Shown here: in pieces, positions 48,658 to 57,488 of the stretch
How positions within the stretch are numbered: the first letter of the stretch is position 1
How the letters are laid out: the number at the start of each line of letters is the position of its first letter
Assembly (NCBI GenBank): GCA_043825875.1
Contig: JBDRRF010000111.1
Coordinates: forward strand, 1-64,000
Reading direction: 5' to 3'
Length of the DNA: 64,000 nt
Source of the DNA: Pseudomonadota bacterium
Lineage (GTDB): Bacteria > Desulfobacterota > Desulfobacteria > Desulfobacterales > RPRI01
Program-made: the position numbers and the translations under genes
The notes under the pieces: model-generated
What the model was told of the DNA's origin: nothing
What the model saw: the letters and a program-made list of their open reading frames with translations, nothing else
Database searches by the model: none

Positions 48658-51562
48658 ATGCGAGCTGTCTTTTTGCCAGATCAGCGAAAAACCCTTCAAG
48701 GGCCATGAGTTCGTCATAGGTTCCCGTTTCCAGAATTTCACCGTGCTGAAGGACAAAAATTCGGTCCGCGTTGATAATCGTGCTGAGCCGGTGCGCGATT
48801 ACCACACGGGTTACCTGAAGCTTCTCAAGGCTGCGGCTTACGATCGCCTGAGTGTGGTTGTCCAGTGCACTGGTAGCTTCATCAAAAAATAGAATCCTGG
48901 GTCTTCTGACAATTGCCCTGGCTATGATCAATCTTTGTCTCTGGCCTCCGGATAGCGTGCCTCCGCCTGCGCTGACCACCGTGTGCATACCCATGGGCAT
49001 GGCTTCAATGTCTTTATCAACGCCCACCATCCTGGCCGCTGTCCAGGCATCATCAAGAGTAAGGTTGGAGGTTCCGACAATATTTTTAAAAATATCACCC
49101 GGCATTACTTTAGCATTTTGAAGCACAACACCCATCTGGCGCCTTACTTCGCGGATATCAATGGATTCCAAATCCTTACCGTCGTAATAAATAGTGCCGG
49201 CCTCCTGGGTATCAAAGCCGAGCAAAAGCCTCAACAGGGTTGATTTCCCTGATCCTGATCCTCCAACGAGTGCGATAAACTCTCCCGGTGAAATCTGCAT
49301 GGAAACATCTTTTAATATAAGCGGGCCGTCCGGGTTATAACGAAAATATATATTACTGACTTCAATCTCACCGGCCAACTCACCAGGTTTGGCCTTCGTT
49401 TCATCAGACTCCGGTACATTTTCAATTATGGGTTTTATCCTCTCATAAAGAGGGATTATATTTAAAGAGGTCGTGATGGCTGCAGCCATCTGCAGCATAG
49501 CCGCCTGGAAATTACCGTAAGCGGCATTGAATGCCAGAAAATTACCCGTGCTCAATCCGCCTTCGTTTGATTTCCAGATTACCCATGCAAAGATGGCCAT
49601 TGAGGCCACTAAGGGGAAGGCGGCATTAAAGGAAGTTACAACGTTTTGAATCATGCCCGCCTTGTAGGCGAATTTTTTTTTCTCGGCGAAATTTCGTGTC
49701 CACTCGGCAAAAGCACGATCTTCTGTGCCGGAAACCCTAAGCTTGGCAATACCTGTAATAAACTGCAAAACCATGCCTGATATTTTACCTTCAATTTCAG
49801 TCATTTGTCTTTGATAATTTACAATCAGATAACTTGCAAAAACAGTGGAAAGAATGCTGAAAACGGATAATCCAACCCCAATTATGGCTAGCTTCCAATC
49901 GTAATAAAAAAGGAGTACCAGATTAAAAGCAGAAAAAAGACAGGCCAGTATGGCGTTTACGGTAACACCTGAAAGAATCTGCCTTATCTGGTTGATTCCC
50001 ATCGCCCTTTTTGCCAGATCTCCTGCGGTGTAATTGCGAAAAAATGGTACGGGCAAGGCTATGAGTCGATCCCAGAGCGCCGTTTGAACGGTTGAATCCA
50101 TTATTCCCTCTATGCGCAAAAGAGCAATCCCCTTGGTAACATTGAACATGACGGTCGCTACCGCAGATGTTGCCAGAATGATGGAGATCTGCATGAGCTG
50201 GCCCCGAGCAGCTTCGGGTATAATCGTGCCAAAGATAATGCCGGTCATGATCGGTGTGAGCAGACCGAGAAGAGCGCCGATGATTCCCATGAAAACAACT
50301 GTTGCCAAGGTTCCTGAACATCCTTGAAATCCGAACTTCAAAAGGTCGGCTCCCGTAAGAGGTCGTTCCGGAAATGGCCTGTAAAAGCAGAAGGCCTCTG
50401 AATCCAGGGTATCTGCCATCTGGGAAGTTACTTTATTTTGGGTTCCCTTGACCGGATCATGAATATGATATTTTCGTGGCGAGATGGGAATCAATGCTAC
50501 CGGCTGTTTCCCTTCGTTTATAAATGCGAGCAAGGGACCGTGGTCGAAACGCCACCAGGTATCTCTTAAAATGACGCTGCGGATACGAAAACCGGAAGTT
50601 CGGGCAATATCTTCCAGTGAGGTTTTCCGGCTTTCCTCCTCCGGACCCGAGGGTGATCGCACCTTGATATTGAGGGCATTCCCAACCATCTCACAGGCGG
50701 ATAGCAATGCTTCCCCTTCTCCCCTCCTTGGTACGGGTTTTTCCTTTTTTGTCTCAAGAATATCCCCAAGGCGGGAAAAGGAACTCATCAGATTGTAACG
50801 GTCGGATTCGCCTTTTTTCCGGAGACGCTCCTGTTCAGCAATTTCAGTTCGGCCTCTGTTAATATCAATGCATTTCAAAACAAATTGATGGAAGGCTTCA
50901 AGTGCGTGCCATTGGGGATCTTCTAAAAGAAAGGACGACATATCGATCACATTAAAAAGTGCTTCACCGGATGTGACGAGCCATGCCTTTGTGGATAAGG
51001 GGAAAAGGCTTTTGCCTGAAATTTCGGGCCAGTCTTCCCGGCCCATCAATCGGAGTTTGCCTTCTATAAGACTGACCCAAATGGTCTCATCCGGCGTACT
51101 GAAAGTGCTTCCATCCTTATCCGATATCTGAACCCCGATTTCTATATTCTTGAAGTTTCGTGGGAAAATATTGTTATCGCGGATTCCTGACGAAAGTCCG
51201 TCAATCCACATTTCGACAAGGTTTTTGATCGTTTTGCTGTGTGTTGGCTCAATGGCAAGTTCAATAAATCTTGATCTTGCGCATGCTACCAGTGATGTCC
51301 CCGGACCACCCACAGCCATCAGGGATGTGGCCTGACCAAGCTGGTCCACATTCATCCCAAACAGAGCCTCTCCCTTTTTAGCCCGAAAAAGATGAATGCG
51401 GGGGCCGACGGCATCTCCCTTGTCTGTCCGAACGGAAAACACATCCACCTGTCCGGAAAGGACAATAAAGACCTTTTCAATATCGGCAAGAAGAAGAGGC
51501 CGGTTACCTCTTGTTTCGAAGGGGGTGCCTTCTTTTGAAAATATGTCGAGGTTCTCTTTCAA
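48656..51562 (-). CDS. NHLP bacteriocin export ABC transporter permease/ATPase (no peptidase)
   Basis: N-terminal VFIVLSGQVDVF region; WWRFDHGP; FYRPFP; GGSGSGKST, LSGGQRQR, DEATS. Confidence 0.9.
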   Translation of the reverse strand: MKENLDIFSKEGTPFETRGNRPLLLADIEKVFIVLSGQVDVFSVRTDKGDAVGPRIHLFRAKKGEALFGMNVDQLGQATSLMAVGGPGTSLVACARSRFIELAIEPTHSKTIKNLVEMWIDGLSSGIRDNNIFPRNFKNIEIGVQISDKDGSTFSTPDETIWVSLIEGKLRLMGREDWPEISGKSLFPLSTKAWLVTSGEALFNVIDMSSFLLEDPQWHALEAFHQFVLKCIDINRGRTEIAEQERLRKKGESDRYNLMSSFSRLGDILETKKEKPVPRRGEGEALLSACEMVGNALNIKVRSPSGPEEESRKTSLEDIARTSGFRIRSVILRDTWWRFDHGPLLAFINEGKQPVALIPISPRKYHIHDPVKGTQNKVTSQMADTLDSEAFCFYRPFPERPLTGADLLKFGFQGCSGTLATVVFMGIIGALLGLLTPIMTGIIFGTIIPEAARGQLMQISIILATSAVATVMFNVTKGIALLRIEGIMDSTVQTALWDRLIALPVPFFRNYTAGDLAKRAMGINQIRQILSGVTVNAILACLFSAFNLVLLFYYDWKLAIIGVGLSVFSILSTVFASYLIVNYQRQMTEIEGKISGMVLQFITGIAKLRVSGTEDRAFAEWTRNFAEKKKFAYKAGMIQNVVTSFNAAFPLVASMAIFAWVIWKSNEGGLSTGNFLAFNAAYGNFQAAMLQMAAAITTSLNIIPLYERIKPIIENVPESDETKAKPGELAGEIEVSNIYFRYNPDGPLILKDVSMQISPGEFIALVGGSGSGKSTLLRLLLGFDTQEAGTIYYDGKDLESIDIREVRRQMGVVLQNAKVMPGDIFKNIVGTSNLTLDDAWTAARMVGVDKDIEAMPMGMHTVVSAGGGTLSGGQRQRLIIARAIVRRPRILFFDEATSALDNHTQAIVSRSLEKLQVTRVVIAHRLSTIINADRIFVLQHGEILETGTYDELMALEGFFADLAKRQLA

Positions 51563-51612
51563 ATTATTTAATTTCCCACTTGGTTAAATAAACCTTAAAT
51601 ATGGGGAGAAAC

Positions 51613-53817
51613 TTATTGTTCCCCGATTAATTCAGCGTAAGGCCCCTTGATATTGCGCATCTCTTCATGGGTGCCCCTTTGCAAGACCTTTCCCTGGTCA
51701 AGAACGATTATTTCATCACAATCTCTGATTGTGCTTAAACGATGCGCCACAATAATACAGGTACATCCCCGACGCCTGAGATTGTCATCAACGATTTTCT
51801 CTGTATGGGGATCAAGGGCGCTGGTGGCTTCATCCAGGACAAGGATTGTTGGATTATTAACCAGTGCCCTGGCTATTTCCAGTCTCTGGCGTTGTCCACC
51901 GCTAAAGTTATTTCCTCCCTCTTCAACATTGCTCGAATATCCCCCCGCGCGCATTGCAATATCGGGATGGATACAGGCATCTTTTGCAGCATGGATGATT
52001 GTGGATTCCGGAATGGATTCATCCCACATGGCCAGGTTGGAACTAATTGACTCTTCAAACATAAAGATATCCTGATCAACCATGGCTAATGAGTTGCAGA
52101 ATATATCCCGCGGTATTTCATTCATTTTTTTGCCATCAAAAAGGATTTCACCTTCCCAGGATTCATAAAGTCCGGTAATGAGCTTTGCGATGGTTGATTT
52201 GCCGGACCCGGAACCTCCGACCAAAGCTACCCGCATTCCGGGTTTCAAGTTCATGCTGAAATTTTCTATTAATGGTGGAGCCATGCGGCTGTAACCATAA
52301 GTAATATTATTGAGACTCAGATTACCGGATAGTTTTACGGCCAACGAATCCTCTTGTTTCGATTCCTGATCTGAAAAGTTTGGGGGGAGACCTTGCTCAA
52401 TGCTAAAACGATTGTCTACGGGATAACTCTGGACATCATCTAACCGATTCATATCGGCCTGGGTTTCCTGAAGCGTACTGCCTAAATTGACCATATGATT
52501 TACAGGCTGCATAAAGCTGCTCATGAGGCTTTGGAAGGCGACCAGCATACCCATACTCAAATAGCCGTCCATAACACGCGCGCCCCCGACACCCAGAATT
52601 ACTACGGTATTCAGACTTGCAAGAAATGGCGGCACCAGGGAAAGTAGTTGGCTGGAAACGGCCAACTGCTGTTGCGCATTCAGTACCTTGGCCTGATATC
52701 CGGACCACTGGGAGAAAAAATCAGATTCTGACCCGGTGGCTTTCAGTGTTTCGATCATTTGGAGGCCGTTCATAGCGGTTCCAATCATCTTACCCGCCTC
52801 CTGCTGCAAACGCATATTAAGGTCCGTTCGTTTTCGGGATACATATTTCAAAACGGCAAGATTCAAAAGGGCGATAAAGATACCTACAAGGGTAAGCACT
52901 ATGTCGTATTGTAACATCAGGATCGCATAAAACATAATCATGGCAAGATTAATGATATTGGTCGCCAACTCCCCTGAAAGTAAGTGAGCCACCTTGTCAT
53001 TGAGTAATACACGGTCGCCTACCTCTCCCCCAAATCGCTGGGCAAAAAATTCAACCGGTAATCTGAATACATGCCGGAAAAATTTGCTGGAAGAGGTAAG
53101 TGCAAGCTTGGTTTCAAACCTAAGGAGGTAGTACTCCTGAAGCCATGTCAGACCGCCCCGAATAAGGGCGGTTAATCCCATTGCCAGCAGCAATGGCCTC
53201 AGCCAGCCCTCCATGCCGTCGACCAGAATATTATCCACAAAGATCTTGGAAAAGATCGGAATTACGAGCCCTGGAATTACAAGAAAAAGACCGGCAAGAA
53301 CCACAAAGGTGAGTGCTGATTTGGTGCCGACAAAACGTTGACGAAGGGCGCGGAAGAGGCTTTTTTTCTCTCCCCCTTTTTGGAAGTCCTCTGTTGGTTT
53401 AAATATCAGGACGACCCCGGTAAAAGATTGATCGAATTCTTCTACAGAAATTACTCTGGGGCCTACGGCAGGATCATTCAAAAAAGCGCGACCGTTTTTA
53501 ATCCCTTCAAGAACAACAAAGTGGTTGAAATTCCAGAAAACGATCATCGGAAGTTCAAATTCCCTAAGCCCGTCCGGTTCCTTTTTATACCCTTTGGCCT
53601 CAAAACCGTATTTTCGCGCCGCCTTAAGGATGTTACTTGCCTTGCTGCCGTCACGCGAGATGCCGCACTCAATTCTCAGCTTTTCAAGAGGAACAAAGCG
53701 ATGAAAATAGGCCAGAATCATGGCAAGGGATGCCGCACCACACTCCACAGCCTCCATCTGAAGAACCGTCGGTGTTTTTACCCGCTTGTTGCTCCATACT
53801 TTTTTCGGTTCGTCCAT
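51613..53817 (-). CDS. NHLP-family C39 peptidase/permease/ATPase exporter
   Basis: QMEAVECGAA, FWNFNHFVV, NDPA; Walker A/B; FSGGQRQR. Confidence 0.93.
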   Translation of the reverse strand: MDEPKKVWSNKRVKTPTVLQMEAVECGAASLAMILAYFHRFVPLEKLRIECGISRDGSKASNILKAARKYGFEAKGYKKEPDGLREFELPMIVFWNFNHFVVLEGIKNGRAFLNDPAVGPRVISVEEFDQSFTGVVLIFKPTEDFQKGGEKKSLFRALRQRFVGTKSALTFVVLAGLFLVIPGLVIPIFSKIFVDNILVDGMEGWLRPLLLAMGLTALIRGGLTWLQEYYLLRFETKLALTSSSKFFRHVFRLPVEFFAQRFGGEVGDRVLLNDKVAHLLSGELATNIINLAMIMFYAILMLQYDIVLTLVGIFIALLNLAVLKYVSRKRTDLNMRLQQEAGKMIGTAMNGLQMIETLKATGSESDFFSQWSGYQAKVLNAQQQLAVSSQLLSLVPPFLASLNTVVILGVGGARVMDGYLSMGMLVAFQSLMSSFMQPVNHMVNLGSTLQETQADMNRLDDVQSYPVDNRFSIEQGLPPNFSDQESKQEDSLAVKLSGNLSLNNITYGYSRMAPPLIENFSMNLKPGMRVALVGGSGSGKSTIAKLITGLYESWEGEILFDGKKMNEIPRDIFCNSLAMVDQDIFMFEESISSNLAMWDESIPESTIIHAAKDACIHPDIAMRAGGYSSNVEEGGNNFSGGQRQRLEIARALVNNPTILVLDEATSALDPHTEKIVDDNLRRRGCTCIIVAHRLSTIRDCDEIIVLDQGKVLQRGTHEEMRNIKGPYAELIGEQ

Positions 53818-53837
53818 TAAAGAATATCCTTTACAAC

Positions 53838-55109
53838 TTACTCCTTACCCACACCGAGGAAGCTTTTTTTGAATAGGGGAACGATCAGGCTAACGGGACG
53901 TTGTTCGGAAATGGTAACCGATGAATAACAGAGTGTTCCCGTATTGACCTTGATGGGAGGCCCATTAGAGGAAGACCATTTATAGCCGCTGGGAGTTCGT
54001 GGATCAGGAATCAGATCCGCGCGTACTTCTATGGGCGCTCCTCCCTGAGAGAGATTTTGTACCAGCGCTTCGTTTTGAAGATCTCTCATCATACCCTGAT
54101 GTGTAGAAGGAAACTCTGAAACATAAGTTACCATTCCCCGTATGAAGCCGTATTTTTCCTGTTTAACGGTGGATGGAGAGATCTGTGCAGCCATGCCAAG
54201 TCGAATTTTTTTCCCCTGCCTTGGGGGAAAGTACAAGACGGCTTCCAGATTCTTGATATTTTTTCCAATGAGTTCAATGCTGATAAGCGGTATGCCTTTA
54301 CCGACAACGGAACCTTCATCAACAGCAATTTCCAGGATGCGCCCCGTATAGGGACTGACGACTTTAGAGGTATCATTCAGATCATTTTGCAACTGATCAA
54401 TATTCCTTCCCGCCTCGCTTATTTTCTGTTCCATGGCTCTTAGATCTTTTTCCTGCTGGTTTTTGAGTTGCAGCTTTCTGATAGAGATCTGTTGCAGTTT
54501 GTTGAGGTTTTCCCTGTTTTGTTGCAGTGTATTATTTAATTCTTCCTGTGTGTCCATCAGCTGTTGCTTTGTAATCAGGCCCATGTCCATAATGACTTTC
54601 TGGCTCTCAATTTTATTTTCCAGGTATGTAATGCGGACTTTCAGGGTGGCTATGGTGCGGTTCAGATTAGCCTTCTGATTTGACATGGACTCTCTTTCAA
54701 GTTTCATTTCATTTGATCCAAAAACTGCAATTTGCTCACGTTCACCCAAAAGCTCCTGTAAAACAGCCCTGGCTGATTTTATCCGGTCTAAAATTTCGGG
54801 CTGTTCCAGGCGGGCAACGATCTGACCACTGTGAATTATATCATCCACACTAAAATAAAGGTTTTGTACACGGCCTGCGCTATTGGAAACGATTTTAAAT
54901 ACGCCTCCTGATTTCATTAAAATTCCCTGGCCCGCCACTTTATCCGGAATGGTTCCCCAAAACCCCCAGAAGATTGCACAGGCCAGGAGTCCCATCGCGG
55001 CGATGAGCGCAACCCAGCCCTTTGGAGTGGTAATCCTCATCAACTGATCGAGTTGCTCAGGAGAGGATAACCTCTCCAGGGCAACTTTACGAAAGATTTG
55101 ATCGGCCAT
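53838..55109 (-). CDS. NHLP bacteriocin system secretion protein (HlyD-type)
   Basis: IFRKVALERLSSPEQLDQL; TPSGYKWSSSNGP. Confidence 0.92.
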   Translation of the reverse strand: MADQIFRKVALERLSSPEQLDQLMRITTPKGWVALIAAMGLLACAIFWGFWGTIPDKVAGQGILMKSGGVFKIVSNSAGRVQNLYFSVDDIIHSGQIVARLEQPEILDRIKSARAVLQELLGEREQIAVFGSNEMKLERESMSNQKANLNRTIATLKVRITYLENKIESQKVIMDMGLITKQQLMDTQEELNNTLQQNRENLNKLQQISIRKLQLKNQQEKDLRAMEQKISEAGRNIDQLQNDLNDTSKVVSPYTGRILEIAVDEGSVVGKGIPLISIELIGKNIKNLEAVLYFPPRQGKKIRLGMAAQISPSTVKQEKYGFIRGMVTYVSEFPSTHQGMMRDLQNEALVQNLSQGGAPIEVRADLIPDPRTPSGYKWSSSNGPPIKVNTGTLCYSSVTISEQRPVSLIVPLFKKSFLGVGKE

Positions 55110-55134
55110 GGCCTGTGACCCTCCTCAATCTGTT

Positions 55135-56709
55135 CTAACGGTTCTGCTTGTAATCGGGAATTTCAGCCAGTTGTTCCATAGTGATAGTATACTCCCCATT
55201 GTACTCATGCAGCAGTGTTCCTGTTGCAAAACGAAGTTGGAGCAGAGCGCCGGCATATTGCCTATGAGAAACAACATCGGTTAGCAGGGCATTTCTGTAC
55301 TTATCCTCAATTCCCACGACATCAATTACTGTGGATAGCCCTATCTTAAGTTTAAATTTTTCGTTTTCCAGAGCCTTTTTATAGCTGGCAACTGATTTTT
55401 GTGATTCCTGAAGTTCCTTTGTCCTTTGTATGAGGGCATTTATGGCTATGGCAACATCGGAATGGATATTTCTCTCCAGGTCAGTAGATCGAATACGTGC
55501 CTGTTGATAGGAAGATTTTCTCTGATAATAAAGCCCTTTAGGCGCATTGTTTCCGAAAGGATAAACTAAACTGATCATGGCTGAGCCGTTTAAACCCCTT
55601 ACATTTTCCTGAAAAGCATCATAATACCCTGATTCGCTGTCGCTTTCTTCAAGTCCTTGATAGCCCATGCTAAAAGAAAGATCCAGTTGAGGCCGCATAT
55701 TTAGTCTGGCGGCCGAGAGCAGTATCCTGGCGGATTCCTGCAACTTTTTTAACGCTATCAGATCGGCGCGGTTTTCAGTTGATATCTGAAAGAATTTTTC
55801 TCTCTGGCTTATAATTGAAAGTTTCTTTTCAGACAGAAGTTCAGGAAAAATATCAGCAGGAGTGGGAAGCTCAATAATCTTGCTGTATTGAAGACCCATA
55901 GCAATGCCTAATTGCTGATAGTTTTCATACAGATTTTGTTCTCCTTGTATTCGATTGCCTGTTTTTGAAGCCAGATTTGCCCTGAGCTGGTCAAGATCAG
56001 AAGATGGCCGCTCATCAGCTTCTACAAGTTTTTCAACATCTTCTAACAGTTGTTGAGCCCTGGATTCCGTCTCTTTGAGGATTTTGAGATTCATAAAGGC
56101 CGCTAAAAGTGTCCAGTAAGCATTTCCCGTTTCCAGCACGGATGCTGAGACCGTGTGCCTAAGATCCCTTTCAGAAGCTTGAAGCCGGATTTTCGCCGAC
56201 ATCTCTTCAGCCCCTGCGGCTTCTTTGCCGCTACCCTTGAGAAGGGGGAAAATCAAAGCGAAATTGACACTGCTTTTATTTGTGGTTTGAGCGCCAAAAC
56301 TCAGATCATCGTTGCGAGTCATCTGCAGATTTGGTTTTATGGTGATGCCGTTTCTAAGCTTTTTGCTCAAACTCATCGTATATGTGGTCAGATTTTCCAC
56401 ATCTTTTGAACGCCCGTATAACGCCCTGTCTGCGGCTGTCAGAGGTGTGCTGTTGCGGGTACGATTAATATCAGCTATTATGGTCGGGTCGAACTGTCCC
56501 TGAGTTTGTTGCAGCGCCCCTTTGCTGATTTGTACTTCTTCTTCTTGAATTTTTATGGAAGGTTGATGGGAGAGAGTTGTTTTGATGGCATCAATGATAC
56601 TAAGCCCTTTAGATTTTTCCTGAGCAATAATTTGCGCCGGAACAAAAAGCAGCAAAGAAAAAAAGATAAGATAAACAGCTCTGATATAAACTTTTTTCTG
56701 ACTGAGCAT
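55135..56709 (-). CDS. TolC-family outer membrane protein
   Basis: Signal peptide; GQFDP; helical repeats; ENEKFKLKIGLST; LRFATG. Confidence 0.85.
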   Translation of the reverse strand: MLSQKKVYIRAVYLIFFSLLLFVPAQIIAQEKSKGLSIIDAIKTTLSHQPSIKIQEEEVQISKGALQQTQGQFDPTIIADINRTRNSTPLTAADRALYGRSKDVENLTTYTMSLSKKLRNGITIKPNLQMTRNDDLSFGAQTTNKSSVNFALIFPLLKGSGKEAAGAEEMSAKIRLQASERDLRHTVSASVLETGNAYWTLLAAFMNLKILKETESRAQQLLEDVEKLVEADERPSSDLDQLRANLASKTGNRIQGEQNLYENYQQLGIAMGLQYSKIIELPTPADIFPELLSEKKLSIISQREKFFQISTENRADLIALKKLQESARILLSAARLNMRPQLDLSFSMGYQGLEESDSESGYYDAFQENVRGLNGSAMISLVYPFGNNAPKGLYYQRKSSYQQARIRSTDLERNIHSDVAIAINALIQRTKELQESQKSVASYKKALENEKFKLKIGLSTVIDVVGIEDKYRNALLTDVVSHRQYAGALLQLRFATGTLLHEYNGEYTITMEQLAEIPDYKQNR

Positions 56710-56789
56710 ATATTACCCTGAATTAAGCCCAAGATTTAAATTCTTTCAAGTCATTCATAATAAATAGGCTGGAAAAAACATAAACAAAA

Positions 56790-56953
56790 GAGCCACTTTC
56801 AAAACGTTTCAGTTTGGTCAAGCTCAAGGCGGGAGAAAATTTCAACCACAGAAATACATTTAGTATTTCGAGGATAGCGCTTAAGCTTCACTTCGTGCGA
56901 AATTTGAGCCCAACGCTAAGATCGGCTAAAATGGGGCGTTTTGAAACTGACTC
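56790..56953 (-). mobile_element. MITE family A, inverted copy with internal 22-bp net insertion
   Basis: 164 bp; extra AGCGCTTAAGCTTCACTTCGTGC; one TIR mutated; no TSD. Confidence 0.85.
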
Positions 56954-56973
56954 GAGTAATTATTAATTAAATT

Positions 56974-57273
56974 TTATACTTCACCGCCGAGTATAAAACA
57001 TTGCAGAACATCCTTATCATAAGGCTCCCGGAGAAGATTCATCGACCCCCGTAGCACCTTAAAATGTTCCGATTTCATGGAGTTAATAAGGTTTTCATGT
57101 GTATCCCATTCTTCTATAAGAAAGAGCCGGTTCTCATCCTCGTTACTCTGGCAGAAGTCGCAGCGTCGGCATCCCTTTTCCCTTCTTATGGAACCGGACA
57201 GTGAAGTAATCGTTTGTGACAACTCCAAGCGCTTCTCAGGAATAGCCTTCATTTGTGTGATTACAAGCATCAT
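56974..57273 (-). CDS. ABM-family (putative quinol monooxygenase) protein
   Basis: REKGC...DENRLFLIEEW...SEHF; 99 aa. Confidence 0.8.
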   Translation of the reverse strand: MMLVITQMKAIPEKRLELSQTITSLSGSIRREKGCRRCDFCQSNEDENRLFLIEEWDTHENLINSMKSEHFKVLRGSMNLLREPYDKDVLQCFILGGEV

Positions 57274-57284
57274 GTCATTGAGTT

Positions 57285-57300
57285 AGCAAATAGTCTGCCA
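57285..57300 (-). promoter_or_regulatory. sigma54 (-24/-12) promoter
   Basis: Minus strand TGGCAGACTATTTGCT: GG-N10-GC spacing. Confidence 0.65.
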
Positions 57301-57445
57301 ATGGCTGACGATAAGTCAAATGAGTTGGTTAAACAAATGATAACAATGGATTATACTAACAGGAGAAAAGAGCTGGAAAGTATGAAACAAGTTGTTTGGC
57401 CTCAATATTTGGTAGAATATCTATATACTGATGGATATATTTAAA

Positions 57446-57476
57446 GAGAGCCAGACAGCTTATTTATCTGGCTCTC
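57446..57476 (-). terminator. Terminator hairpin downstream of cgs
   Basis: GAGAGCCAGA-N11-TCTGGCTCTC. Confidence 0.65.
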
Positions 57477-57488
57477 AAGTCAATCAAT

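Noticed and set aside
1..56953. MITE copies as CRISPR repeats or integron attC sites
   Set aside because: Dispersed, ~142 bp, with TIRs and TSDs; no regular spacers, cas genes, integrase or attC core boxes
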